From Octopus vulgaris (taxonomy: Eukaryota): a stretch of DNA of 64,000 nucleotides. A program made the translations under genes and the position numbers. The notes beneath the pieces were generated by a model, which was given only the letters and a program-made list of their open reading frames with translations, was not told where the DNA came from and made no database searches. Positions 25,992 to 39,929 of the stretch are shown here, piece by piece. How positions within the stretch are numbered: the first letter of the stretch is position 1; the number at the start of each line of letters is the position of its first letter. The stretch is from the NCBI GenBank assembly GCA_951406725.2, contig OX597824.1, forward strand, positions 10,540,001-10,604,000, written 5' to 3'.

Positions 25992-26030
25992 GGACCTTCC
26001 TCTCCAGTGCCACCTCTACTGTGTTAGGTC

Positions 26031-27197
26031 ATGTTGCACAACTTTTGGCTGGGGAGACGTTCTGGTAACGTGCTCTTTATTCTTCTCATGTTGACGCTGA
26101 CCTGCAATATAATCTTCTATTCTCAACGCTACCTCAATAAGTCTGCTGCCTGGGAGAATAACTGTGATTTGAACACATATCTGAAAGTGTCTATGAAATT
26201 TATCGAGTCTAAAGGTTCCAAGTCTTTCAAGGAAATTCTTCATAGCTATTGTCCTGGTGTTGATGAAAATGACAAGGATGTTCAGCGCCTGATTTGGGCT
26301 CTTTTTGATCTTGTGAATTTCTGCAAGAAAAATGTTAGCATTACAGCTCGTCCTGAGACCAACAGACCCATTCTAACTATGTTTACATCATGGGATGTGA
26401 ATGAAACCAAATATATTGTCCATAACAACACAGTCTCAAACTGGATAAAGCTAAAGAAATATGTAAACCCCATCATTTTCACAAACAGCAGCAGGTACAA
26501 AAAACTTTGTAGTGATGCTGGCTGGACTGTTTACCCCATTACACATTATGCTGCTGGTGGAGCTCCTGTCTTGAAAACAATGTTTTTAAAAGCCATGGAG
26601 AACTTTAACACTACATTTTATGCTTTTGCAAACGGTGATATTCTCTTTGAAGATGGTCTTATCGATACTCTGTTCTTGCTTATGGAAGAAATGAGCATTG
26701 ACAACATGTCTCATCCTTTACTTCTAATTGGCCGGAGGACTAATGTAAAATATTTGTCCAGAAAGGATGCATCCACCCATAAAAGTCTGAGGGGTGTGGC
26801 AAGAGAAAAAGGACACCTATTCTTAGTAAATGCTGAAGATTATTTTATTACAAACCGCAACTATCCCTGGAAGGATATTCCTAACCTCGTGATAGGACGT
26901 CCAGCTTATGACAACTGGCTTGTAGCGCACGCTCGTCGTTCTAACTTTACTGTTATTGATGCTTCTGATACGATACTCGCTGTACATCAAACTACAAATG
27001 CTGGCAACTGGGAAGGCCACAAAAGAAAATTCAGTAATTATAATGATATTCTTTTAAAAAAACTCAAGCTGCCTCGGCGTTATCGTAACGGCGAGACAGG
27101 GTGTACGCCACTACGGACAGCATATGACCTATGTAGTAGAATAGTCGTTCAAGAACGGAAAGTATTCCCCCCACAGTGTCACATAAAACCAGGATGA
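26031..27197 (+). CDS. Uncharacterised type II membrane protein, putative glycosyltransferase (388 aa, single coding exon)
   Basis: Long non-repetitive ORF. Short basic N-terminus then a hydrophobic signal anchor (VLFILLMLTLTCNIIFY), several N-X-S/T sequons, and motifs FYAFANGDILF, GRRTNV, DYFIT, IGRPAYDNWLV, IDASDTILAVHQ. The function is an inference. Confidence 0.88.
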   Translation: MLHNFWLGRRSGNVLFILLMLTLTCNIIFYSQRYLNKSAAWENNCDLNTYLKVSMKFIESKGSKSFKEILHSYCPGVDENDKDVQRLIWALFDLVNFCKKNVSITARPETNRPILTMFTSWDVNETKYIVHNNTVSNWIKLKKYVNPIIFTNSSRYKKLCSDAGWTVYPITHYAAGGAPVLKTMFLKAMENFNTTFYAFANGDILFEDGLIDTLFLLMEEMSIDNMSHPLLLIGRRTNVKYLSRKDASTHKSLRGVAREKGHLFLVNAEDYFITNRNYPWKDIPNLVIGRPAYDNWLVAHARRSNFTVIDASDTILAVHQTTNAGNWEGHKRKFSNYNDILLKKLKLPRRYRNGETGCTPLRTAYDLCSRIVVQERKVFPPQCHIKPG

Positions 27198-27546
27198 ATA
27201 CTTCTTTCATTACATAGGCTATAAGAGAACTGAACATTTGTTTCTATCACTCAGTTTTTTTTTTTTTCATTGTTGACAGTCCTTTTTTTTTCTCTCTCTC
27301 TCTCTCAGTTTTTAATGCATGCATTTAGATTTCTCTAAATTTTCATTCTCTCTATCACATTCCTTCCCCCACCCCCTCACCCCCACCCCCCACCAATGCG
27401 CTCCTTCAAAGTACAATTCTTTCTCAAATATTTCTCCCACTTTCATTCTCTCCCTTTAGCTTGCCTCTCTTTCTTGTGCACAATTTTCCTCTTAACTGCT
27501 CTCCATCTCTCTTTTCCTCTCTGTTCCTTCAGACATACATAGCTAT

Positions 27547-27549
27547 TAT

Positions 27550-27601
<52 letters not shown>

Positions 27602-27629
27602 ATATATATATACATATATATATATATAC

Positions 27630-27684
<55 letters not shown>

Positions 27685-27811
27685 CATATATATATATATA
27701 CATATATATATATACATATATATATATATACATATATATATATACATACATACATACATATATATATATATACATATATATATATACATATATATATACA
27801 CATATATATAC

Positions 27812-27847
<36 letters not shown>

Positions 27848-27969
27848 ATATATACACATATATATACACATATATACATATATATATATATACACATATA
27901 TATATACACACACATATATATATATATACATATTACACACACAAACACACACACATATATATATATATA
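27547..27969. repeat. (TA)n/(TACA) microsatellite
   Basis: Direct inspection. Confidence 0.97.
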
Positions 27970-28613
27970 ACTATAACTTACTGCCAATTGTAAAACCCTA
28001 TATATTTATGACAAATTAAATTGGGAAAGAGTTGTTATATTTTTAGTTTGATTTGTTTATTTTTACAACGCTTAACGTAGACCAGTATTTTTTTTTTTTT
28101 TTTGTTTCTTAAACCAACAAATGAGAGCTCTTAAGTTTGTTTTTCCTTTGTACATCTTAATTTAAATTTTATTTGTATGAATGTACACGACAAAACAAAC
28201 TTAGACCCACGAGGGTGAGGGTGGTGGCGGTGGGGGCCTTTCTTTTACGAATGATTTCTATTTATCGAGACAACTTTAGCAGTTACATTCAACTTACAAA
28301 TGTTTGAAGAAAAAAAAAAATCATGTTCATAATTTTTGCTTATCATGTAAGAAAAAAAAAAACAATCTATTTCCCGTCTTTTATCATGTACAAAATAATT
28401 CATTAAATATTTAAAATATTTTGATGTGTTTATCCCCTCAACTTTCATTATAAAGGGGTCCAGCAATTGACTTGAGGTGATAAATTGTTGCATTTTTTTT
28501 TTTTTCTTTCATTAATAGAGGGGACTTTTAGTGGAAAAAAAAAAATTAAATAATTGCAGTTCAAGAAGGAATTGGTAAATCTTTGGTTTTGTGGTCAGAC
28601 TGTTTATCCTGAT

Positions 28614-28647
<34 letters not shown>

Positions 28648-28844
28648 AATACTGTTGACTACATTGCAATACAGTTATTACTGCTGCTGCTGACAGACTC
28701 TTAGTTGCAGAGATCATTTGTATCTACTCTTAATATTATAAAATTCTCTAAATTATTTAAATTTTGCTCCAATAGTTTCTAATGAAACTAACATACATAA
28801 CAACATTTAAGCAAGTTCCAAATCACTAACATTTTGTTTTCTTC

Positions 28845-28883
<39 letters not shown>

Positions 28884-29299
28884 TATATATTAACTAATAC
28901 TGTTAATTTAATGTCATTTTTTTTATGTGCCAAACTTGTCTTATATTGTGTTTAATCTCTCCCCTTATTTGTAGTTGTTTAAGGCTTAATTTTGATTAAT
29001 AATGCAGCTATTTTATTTCAAACTGTAACTACATACACACACACACACATAAACAAGCAAGGTTGAAAAATCGTGCTCAAATATCAAACTTAGAGTAAAG
29101 TGCTATTTTATTAAAACCACAAAAAAAAATTAATAAATAAATAAAGTTCACAAGCTGTTACTCAGAGTTTCACATAATCATTCATCAGGCAGTTGTAAAT
29201 AACGCAGAACTCTGTATTATTGCAACAAATTGACAACAAACGGTCGCTTGAAACTCTGAGTTAAACTTTGTGAATTTTTTCAGCTTTAATAAAATAGTG

Positions 29300-29380
29300 C
29301 ATGTGTGTCTGTATATGTGTGTGTGTGTCTATGTGTGTGTGTAAGTGTATATATACATTACACATGTGCATATATATGTG

Positions 29381-29415
<35 letters not shown>

Positions 29416-29608
29416 CATGCATATATATATATGTATGTATGTACATATGTATATATATGTGTGTGTGTACATATATATATACATTACACATGTGCATATA
29501 TATGTATGTATATACATTACACATGTACATATATATATGTGTGTGTATGTGTATATATAATTATATATATATATATATTACACATATATATATGTATGTA
29601 CATATGTG

Positions 29609-29643
<35 letters not shown>

Positions 29644-29655
29644 ATGTATGCATGT
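29300..29655. repeat. TA/TG compound microsatellite with repeated tacattacacatgtgc
   Basis: Direct inspection. Confidence 0.9.
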
Positions 29656-29972
29656 AACAATAATTTAGTAGTAAATTAGTTGCTGTTATATAAGTTTTGA
29701 GTTAGAGCTACGACTGCTTAGTAACGTTTACCTGACACTGTTGCCTTATTACTTAAGATGGGTTGATGCTCTATAGTGGCCACCACTATAGACGTCAACA
29801 TCCATTGTATGATGTCATGTGGAAAATGGAAGCAAACTTCTGTTTCAGTTCTTCCATTACAAATGACAGAAAATTCTAAAAGTTCTTCCATAAATGTTTC
29901 TTGGAACCTTATTACTGAACACTTTTTTTTCTAACTCAAGTCTATTTTATTGACAGGCTGCTATGCATCAGT

Positions 29973-30282
29973 GATATATATATATATATATGTATGTTAT
30001 ATATATATATATATATAATTATATACATATGTATATTATATATATATATATAATTATATACATATGTATATTATATATATATATAATTATATACATATGT
30101 ATATTGTATATTATATATATATATAATTATATACATATGTATATTGTATATTATATATATATAATTATATACATATGTATATTGTATATATATATATATA
30201 ATTATATACATATGTATATTATATATATATATATAATAATTATATACATATGTATATTATATATATATATATATATATATAT
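29973..30282. repeat. TA-derived minisatellite (ataattatatacatatgtatatt units)
   Basis: About 7 units, by direct inspection. Confidence 0.92.
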
Positions 30283-30859
30283 TGGTTTTTGTGTTTCCCT
30301 GTTTTATTGTTGCTGTTGACTTTCGTTTGTTTTTGTTTTCATTTTCCCCCTCCTCCCCCTCCCCTTCTGATAATGGTGCTGACTACAACCCCCCCTCTTA
30401 CCATTTGTGTCAATCTGAGAGTCCTGGTGACAAAACTGTTAAAAATTATGCAATATCAAAATAAAGTACGTCTCCTTCTTCTCTTCCCACAGAATGTATT
30501 TGCTATTATTAATTTTACAATATTCAAAGGTTTACTCTTCAAAAAAAACAAACAAAAAAAATGCATTGATTTCTGGAACAAACGTTGTTACTGTTGATAT
30601 CATAATAAAGAATTTCACCCAATAGTTGTTCTACTTTCATACTATAACAAAATACTTTTATTTCTTCTTACTTGTTCTTTCTTTGCCGCTTCCTTCTCTA
30701 CCTTTTTTTTTTTTTAAATTTTTTTTTTTTTACCTGCTACATGTTTACAAATCAGCTGCTTTGTTACAAAAATGTTTCCTTCTTGCTTTTGTTCATCTCC
30801 AGTATAAATTTTAGTTGTGAAACAAATTTAACACTATTCTGATTGAATTGCTAAAGTTT

Positions 30860-31161
30860 TTATTATTATTATCATTATTATTATTATCATTATTATTATT
30901 AATATTATTATTATTATCATTATTATTATTAATATTATTATTATTATTATTATTATTATTATCATTATTATTATTATTAATATTATTATTATTATCATTA
31001 TTATTATTATTATTATTATTATCATTATTATTATTAATATTATTATTATTATCATTATTATCATTATTATTATTATCATTATTATTATTATTATCATTAT
31101 TATTATTATTAATATTATTATCATTATTATTATTAATATTATTATCATTATTATTATTATT
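30860..31161. repeat. (ATT)n trinucleotide tract with ATC/AAT interruptions
   Basis: Direct inspection. Confidence 0.97.
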
Positions 31162-33078
31162 CATGGAGACGTGTTTGGATTAATGGATGCCCATAATCCT
31201 ACTGTGACTATTTATACATATCAGTCGGGCTGGACAGAACAAGCAGCTAATGATCTGAGAGAAGCTGTAACAAGTGCATACCTGTAGAGATATTATTTAA
31301 ATCTTTTCATTAGCTGTTTGTCTGTAGTCTAAGAATAAACCTATCTTTAAAAAACCAGATGTTACTAGTCTTGAATTTGTCAAGTTTCCTCTGTGGATCA
31401 ATTACACAGACAGATATTTGAAATATTAGGCCTGAATGTTAAAACATTTAGAGGAAACCCAATATTTATTTTTCTATAAGTAGTAGTAAAACTTTAGGAG
31501 TCTTTCCAGCTCCTCTCGGTATTAAATGATCTCACTATGTGGCTGTACATTGGAACGTTTGATATATTTTCAGGTTCTTTAAACAAACAGGTAAATACAT
31601 GACATTAAAAGAATTCTAATATTGAAATTGTCTATTTATGCAGACTATTTTGTTTTCATTATTATAGTTTAACACTTGGAGTAATAAAATTTGATGGAAC
31701 TGTTTTCAGCCAAGTTGTCTTCAATTATTTCAGCCATTGTAATTATTAAACTTTATATAATTATTGGTGTTATTCTCCTGCTTTGTTGCCTCAACATATA
31801 ATTAAACAACTTTGAATCACATTTCCAAAATCAGTAACAGAAGTATTTGACTGAATTTCTTACGTTGAGCTTTGAAGTATGCCTTCTATATTATTAACAC
31901 TCTGCAGCCAAATCTTAAGCGAATGAAACAGCCACTGTAAGAGTATTCATTCATTCATTGCTATTGTAATTCCTGGCCTCAAAACATCTCAACATTTTTG
32001 TCAGAGTGACATGTGACTGAGGAACATTTCACCACTTGAGCTGGACAGTATCCAACCTTTGCGCATAGTGAAGAAAACAGAAATCTGTGCCATAAAAATT
32101 GTGAAAATGTTGGTATTAGACTTGGACCAGGAAGTTATAGGTTGAACTTGGTTCTAACACCAATACTGCTTAATATATAGGTTTTTTGACTCTTAACCAA
32201 AAATAAAATAGTTGTATGCGTGTGTGTGTGTTAGTTAATAAAGTCAAACTAGTGTTACTAAGAAGGATAAAAAAACAAAAAGGCTTAATTTGGCACAGCT
32301 GTGTCATTAAGAAGCTTACATTGCAAACCTGTGGTTTTAGGTTCAGTCCCACTGTGTAGCACATTGGGCAAATGTCTTCAGTTATAACCCCAGACTGACC
32401 AATGCCTTGTGAATGAATTTGCCAGATGGAAATAGTATGTAAAGTAAATTGAGATCAAAAAGATGAATTTTCAGTTGAAGAATGGTATTTATTAGGTGTT
32501 AAAGAAGTTTTACTTTGTTGCTTATGTTTAAATATTTTGATTTTCTTCTCTCGTTTTGATGTACCAAATATGAACAAAAGAATAGTTAGTAGCTACCAAT
32601 CAATGGAAAAGTTCATTTGAAAGACTTCATAATTCAAAATTCCATTTAGGTAGCCTCAATTTCAATGGCACATATATAAAACATCACTCACAAATGCCAT
32701 TTTGTCCTCAATTTAACAAGGATAAATATGGAATGAACAGAATTATACCTATGATGTAATCTGTTATAAGTTTAAAGTATGGAAGCCTGTTTGTGTTGTA
32801 TATCATCATCATCATCATCAGTTTAACATCCACTTTTCCATGCTTGCATGGGTTAGGCAGAGTTTACCGAGACATATTTTATATTGGCTGGATGCTCTTT
32901 CTGTCACTGACCTTCACCTATTTCCAAGCAAGTTTATATTTCCCCATCACCAGGCATGTTTCCACAGAAGATTGGAAATGAATGACACTGTGACAGTAAC
33001 AATTATTTTACAACTATCATGTGATGTCAAGGCAAGGAGACACAAATATTCACACACTTACACACATATACATATATT

Positions 33079-33118
<40 letters not shown>

Positions 33119-33234
33119 TACACACACATGATGGGCCTCTTTCAGTTTCTGTCCACCAAAACTACTCACCAGGCTTTGATTAGCCCAGGGCTATAGCAGT
33201 CATTACATTTATACTCACACACACATATATACAT

Positions 33235-33615
33235 ACTCTTATTCTTTTAATTGCTTCAGTCATTTGACTGTGGCCATGCTGGAGCACCGCATTTAGTCAA
33301 ACAAATTGACCCTAGGACTTTGTAAGCCTAGTACTTATTCTATCAGTCTCTTTTGCCAAACTGCTAAGTTACGGGGATGTAAACACCAGCATCAGTTGCC
33401 AAGCAATTGTGGGGGGACAAATACAGACACACACACACAGATATATATATACAATAGGCTTCTTTCCGTTTCCATCTACCAAATCCACTCACAAGGCTTT
33501 GGTCAGCCTGAAGGTATAGTAGAAGACATCTGCCCAAGGTGCCACACAGTGGGACTGAACCTGGAACCATGTGGTTGGGAAGCAAGCTTCTTAGCACACA
33601 ACCACTCCGTGCCTA
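33235..33615 (-). mobile_element. SINE family C
   Basis: Match to family C. Confidence 0.85.
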
Positions 33616-35022
33616 TAGCACTCCTCACCCACACCAGTGAGTGAATATATTCTTATGGTTAACTTTTAGTTACAAGCTGTTTAGGTTTCATCTCTCATTC
33701 CGTTCTCAGCAAAATTGAAAGCAGTTTTTTTGGGCAATGATGGTCCAGTCCTAAGCTACATTCTGAGATAAAATAATTGAAATATGATTCATTAAAAGAA
33801 ATAGGTTAGGTTAAAAATAGGAAAATAAAGCAAAAAATTGACTTTGAATCAAAATATCTCAGCTATTTTAAAAGAAAAGTATAGATTAATTGGGTTTAAA
33901 AGAATGTGTTCATTGAGAAGGATCTTTTGATGAAAACTTCATTAAAAAGTATTTTATGTGAAAAATAGTGTACTTTTAAGTGATGAAAAGCTTGGTAAAT
34001 AACCCCAAAAATCGACTTTGAATTAAAATGTCTCAGCTATTATAAAAGAAAACTATTTAATAGTTGTGTTCTAATGAAAGAACTCTACGAGGTGGATCTT
34101 ACGGTAAAAACCTCATCAAAATACATTTGCTACAAAAAAGTGGTGTGGCTTTAAGTGATGTAAAGAAGGTGATCACTGTAACAAATCAAAATATTTTTGT
34201 CCTCTTGAGATATTCTGTGTTATAAAAGACAGCATCTGGTGACATAGGTCGCTTAGCTTAAATGGTACAGAGCGTTTAACTGGAGTTTCAGAGATGCAGG
34301 TTTCAATTTTCTGCAGCAACTTATTTAGCTGCTTTTTTTTTTCTTTTTCTTTTTGTGTGTGTGTGTGTGTGTGTATGTTCAAGATTTACTACAGATGAAA
34401 GAGATCTTTTGAGAAGAATCTTATTGTGGAAACCTTGTCAAAAAAATATTTGCTACAAAAGAAGTTGTGTGACATTAAATGATGAAAAAAAAAAAAGGTT
34501 ATAATTTTTAAAAAATTAAAATACTTTTGATTTTTTTTTAAGACAAAGATAATATTATTTGAATTCAAATAAAAGAATTCATTGACAAGAATATTTTGGG
34601 AGAAAACCCCATCTAAAAATATTAAGCATAAAAAAGTTATTTTTGTGAATTGTTTGTTTTTATTTGAATGCAGTTTTTTGTGGTTTTCTCAAAATCTTTT
34701 GTTCAATCTCTACTATGCCACAAAGGAAAAACATTTGAGAGCTACAGCAGTAGGGTGGAGGTTTGACTACTATTTCTAGCAGGTCAAATGAACCATTAGA
34801 ATTTCCTGTGTTAACTGTTTGTAATAAGTTTTTGAGTAGTTAGTCAGTTACTGAAATTAAATAAGTGAATAAAACAAATTTTTAACGATTGCAGGTTAAG
34901 CCGAAATACTATCAAATTGATAGTAATTCAGCTTAATCTACCAAGTGAATCCCTACAATCGTTGAGACTGCATGTTCGAAACTAAGATGACGAAGCAGAT
35001 ATAAATGAGATTCTTTTATTTC

Positions 35023-35510
35023 ATCATCATCATCATCATCATTGTTTAACATCCGCTTTCCATGCTAGCATGGGTTGGACGATTTGACTGAGGGCTGCAC
35101 CGGGCTCCAATCTTGATCTGGCAGAGTTTCTACAGCTGGATGCCCTTCCTAATTCCAACCACTCTGAGAGTGTAGTGGGTGCTTTTATGTGTCACCGGTA
35201 TTGGCAATGACCTCGCTCAAATCTTTTTACACATGGCACAGGTGCCACCAGTAAGGCAATGCTGGTAACGATCACACTCGAAAAGTGCCTTTTACGTGCC
35301 ACCAGCATGGAAGCCAGTTAGCCGCTCTGGCAACAATGGTGCTTTTAGTACCCTATTAGCATGGGGCTCAAGTGCCAGTAAGGCGATGCTGGTAACGATC
35401 ACACTCGAATGGTGCCTTTTATGTGCCACTGGCACGGAAGCTGGTTAGCTGCCCTGTCAACGATCACACTCGTATGGTGCTCTTTTGCACCCTGCTAGCA
35501 CAGATGCAAG
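35023..35510 (-). mobile_element. Family A retroposon, older subfamily
   Basis: (atc)n tail and diverged tandem units. Confidence 0.85.
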
Positions 35511-35810
35511 GTGACTGGCTTATTGGTTTGGGTATTCAGCTCGCAATCATAAGGACATGAGTTCGATTCCCAGTGAGCAACACACTTTATTTCACGTTGC
35601 TCCAGTCCACTCAGCTGGTAAAAATGAGTTGCACCTACATTTCAAAGGGTCAGCCTTGTTGCATTCTGTATCACACTGAATCTTGCTGAGAACTACATGA
35701 AGGATATGCATATCTGTGGATTACTCCGCCACTTGCACATTAATTTCACAAGCAGGCTGTTCCATTGATGGGATCACCTGAAATGCCCTTTGTAACCAAT
35801 GGAATGCCAG
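35511..35810 (+). mobile_element. tRNA-derived SINE family E, diverged
   Basis: gagttcgattccc B-box and gagcaa-acactttatttcacgttgctccagtccactcagctg, shared with 52750-53071. Confidence 0.65.
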
Positions 35811-35876
35811 TTTTCAGTCAAGTTACAGGCAAACTAACCTGCAGGACTTTCTAAATGGCATACCTAAAAAAAAAAA

Positions 35877-36068
35877 GCTGGCAGAAATGTTAGCACTCCG
35901 GGCGGAATGCCTAGCGGTATTTTGTCTGCCGCTACGTTCTGAGTTCAAATTCCGTCGAGGTCAACTTTGCCTTTCATCCTTTCGGGGTCAATATAATCAA
36001 CTTAATCCGTTTCTCTGTCCTTGTTTGTCCCCTCTGTGTGTAGCCCCTCGTGGGTAGTAAAGAAATAA
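35877..36068 (+). mobile_element. SINE family B with internal deletion
   Basis: Deletion between the two ggggtc motifs. Confidence 0.85.
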
Positions 36069-37443
36069 GTAATGTGGCCTACCAGATGACAAGTTATGTC
36101 TCATGGCCCACTTCTCCAAAAAGCTTTCCATGCTTGGTTTAGTTGGTCAAATTTCCTTTAGTCTGGTAATTATTCTGTTGTTTCTTTTTTGCCAAACTGT
36201 GGGATTTGAATTCAGAGCATAAGGGGCCATAAATAGATCCCAGAAAGCATTTTATCTATACTTTAACATTTCTGCCAGTCACTTTCTTCAATGATTTGTA
36301 ACACAGGCACAGGGCCACATTTGGGGATGGGGAAGGATCTGCTGCAGAAAGAAGAAAAGCAAAGTTCCTCTATGTTGGATTTGAACTCAGAATGTAGAAA
36401 AGGGATGAAATTAAATACCTCACTCCACTTTGTTTTAGATGAGGGTATAGATGATTAAATTAACTCAGTACTTGTTTGACTTATAGGTACAAGGGCTGGA
36501 GTTTGGGTGACGAGTTTAGTCCATTAAATTGACCCCCAAACAATTTGATTGTTTTTTTTTTGTGTTAATTGACCCTGGAGGAATAAAAGATGAAGTTGAC
36601 CTCCATAGGAATTGAACTCAGAACGTAAAGTGCCATAGCTAAATACTGTAAGGTCTTTTCTTTAATATCCTTAACAATTCTGCCATTCACTAGTAATAGA
36701 AATAAATTACAGATTATCTTATTTTGTTCTTGTAATTTTATTCACTTTTTAATGCTACTTTCCTAATGGCTGTAAGCTTTACCATAATGTGTGATAAACA
36801 ATAAAGGCAAATATAATAGGATATCATTGACTGTAATGTGGCTTCCCACTGATAATGAATAAATATGCTATCCTCCACAGATGATTGGATAGGGAATAGC
36901 TTTGAGTGGAAATTCTATACAGAGTAAATAATTGGCTAACAGCCAAACCTAATCACATTAATGGAAACTAATTAGGACAACAATTAAATCAACATGGTTG
37001 TATGTATTTGTATTTCCAAACTTGTAAATGTTACATATGAAAAGTGTGTGTGTATGTTATAAATGTAAGGTCTGTGGGAGAGTACGCAGTTCAAACATAA
37101 TTTGTATATGAGTGAGTGAGTGAGTGTTGTGTAAACTTAACTTATAAGTGTGGTGTAAGTATAAGTTATTAAACTGTATGTATGTTGGTTATTCTCTTAC
37201 ATGGAGTGCATGCAGTCTTGTCTTATTGCTTTCTCTTCTCTGTCTAATCTGATCTTAAGCATATCTCTTCTAGTTTCTAGTGGTGACTACAACTAACACA
37301 AACCAAGTAACCCTGCCAACCATTGCATTTTTCACTGCAGCTACATATCTTGGCATGGTATTTAGGGGTAGGGGAGGTATGAGACTAATGAAATTATCGA
37401 TGTTACTGTTATTTTTATGTTTGTGGTTATATGTTTATCTAAA

Positions 37444-37749
37444 GTGGAGGCACAATGGCCTAGTGGTTAGGGCAGCAGACTTGCGGTCGGAGGATCGCAG
37501 TTTCGATTCCCAGACCGGGTGTTGTGTGTGTTTATTGAGCAAAAACACCTAAAAGCTCCAGGGGTGGTGGCGACCCCTGTTGTACTCTTTCACCTCAACT
37601 TTCTCTCAGACTTTCTTCCTGTTTCTTGAGTAATGCTGCGATGGACTGGCGTCCCGTCCAGCTGAGGGGAACACATACGCCATAGAAACCGGGAAACTGG
37701 GCCCATGAGCCTGGCTAGGCTTGAAAAGGGCGTATAAGAAAAATAAATA
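37444..37749 (+). mobile_element. tRNA-derived SINE family D with 13 bp TSD
   Basis: A-box tggcctagtgg, B-box gtttcgattcc; TSD atgtttatctaaa at 37431-37443 and 37750-37762. Confidence 0.92.
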
Positions 37750-39108
37750 ATGTTTATCTAAACCATGTGGGAGAGATACTGACTTTAGGATAATATAGTA
37801 GTTGCGTTCAGAAGTGACTGGACATACAGAACGGTAACTGAATGAATTAGGGTTTACTGCAACAACAACCTTTACCCTTCTGCATGTCCTAGCAAAGGTC
37901 TTTAATATTTTCAGGTTTCTTGTATTTTAATTTTGTATGTAGGTAATCTATTTGTAAGTTATCATGATGTCAAGTATGCTGTTTTATGTCCTTCGTAGTT
38001 TATAGTACTGAACACCAAACCATATTAAATGTTATATTTTAGAGACTTCTGGACCCTTAGAGAAGACAAAGACTATACAACTACATCAATATTATTGACA
38101 GGGACACAACATGAAATTGAGGACCTTCCAAAACTGAATGGGGGTGATTAGGATTGCTGAAATATGGTTGTTGTGACCACTTGAAGATGTTTATTTTGAA
38201 GACATTGGATGGTAGGTAACACAGGTAGAATAATCACAATAAATCTAAATGTATTGTACATCGTTGTTATTTCTTTGTATTGGTCAAATGTAGGACTTGT
38301 GAATGCTCTAAATGTGTTGCACAATCTGTTGCTCTTTAAACACTATCTCTTCAGTATATGCTGTAGATGTTCGTTTATTTTATTTTTTGTTTCAGTCATT
38401 GTACTGTAGGCATACTGGGGCATTGCCTTGAAGGGTTTAATTGTAGAAACTACTATGTAGGGTTGTGGATGATCGGCATAGGTGACCGCTTGGAAGGGAT
38501 GTTCTCATCGCTCCTTTCTGCCAACGGTTAGCTCCCCGTTTGCCGGTGCAAGATCGACTCTACACGGCTGGTGCATCCTAGAATCTGTGAGAACATGTCT
38601 GGTCATGGGAAAACATTACCTTGCTTAGAAACCAAGCGAGGGTTGGTGACAGGAAAGGCATTTGGCCAGAGAAAAATCTGCGTCAATAAACTACATGAAA
38701 GCATGGAAAAGGAGACATTAAAATAATGATGATGATGATGAGATCTGGTCAGAGGAAGATTTGGCTGCTATTTCTTGAAGATCAAGCAACCACATTGAGC
38801 CTCTTTCAGTGGCTTGCTCAATCAATCAAGGTCTGGCCTGGAGCTACACAACAACCTCCACTCCTCCTAAAAAAAAGGAAAAAAATGCTTTTATGTCTAG
38901 TTAACAGAAATCAACCTGTCATTGTTAGAAATTTTCCCTAATTACTGCTCTTTTGAACAATCGTAAAAGTCAATATTTCTTACCATTGAGCAAGCAGCAG
39001 TTGTATGCTATACATTGGAATGTAAAAAGAGGAGATTGAGGAAACAGTATTTCTGAATGCACTTTAACTGCAGTGAAGTTTACTTTTCATTCTCTCTCTC
39101 TCTCTCCC

Positions 39109-39418
<310 letters not shown>

Positions 39419-39760
39419 GTATAGGTGGTGAAGCACCTCAGGTGCACTATACTGACACTAGCCTGCACTTAGCTGCTAAGAAAAAATAAACATCAAGATC
39501 TTTGGCAGCTTATCAAATATTATCTTATGATTCTCAATTTCAGCTGTGTCTTATATTTTCTACATATTTTTTAATATTTTTCATTTATGATTATTATTAT
39601 TATTATTATGATTTGGAGGGGTGATGAAGTATAGAGGGGTAAGTTCATGTTGTTTGTTCAACGTAGTTGCAACCTGCTCCTATGCATCACAGCCAATATA
39701 TATAAAAAAAAAAAAATAAATAATACAATATATGTATATATATATATATACATACATATT

Positions 39761-39854
39761 TATATATTTATTTATTTATCATCATCATCATCATCGTCGT
39801 TTAACGTCCGTTAAACGACGATGATGATGATGATGATAAATAAATAAATATATA
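39761..39854. repeat. Perfect inverted repeat, 46 bp arms with a 2 nt spacer
   Basis: 39761-39806 is the exact reverse complement of 39809-39854. Confidence 0.9.
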
Positions 39855-39861
39855 TATATAC

Positions 39862-39896
<35 letters not shown>

Positions 39897-39929
39897 CATA
39901 CATATATATATATTTATTTTATATATATA

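Noticed and set aside
30811-31183. Poly-N, poly-I and poly-L ORFs
   Set aside because: (ATT)n microsatellite.
37444-37520. tRNA gene
   Set aside because: It is the tRNA-derived head of a TSD-flanked SINE, with no proper acceptor stem or terminator. The same applies to the heads of families B, C and E.
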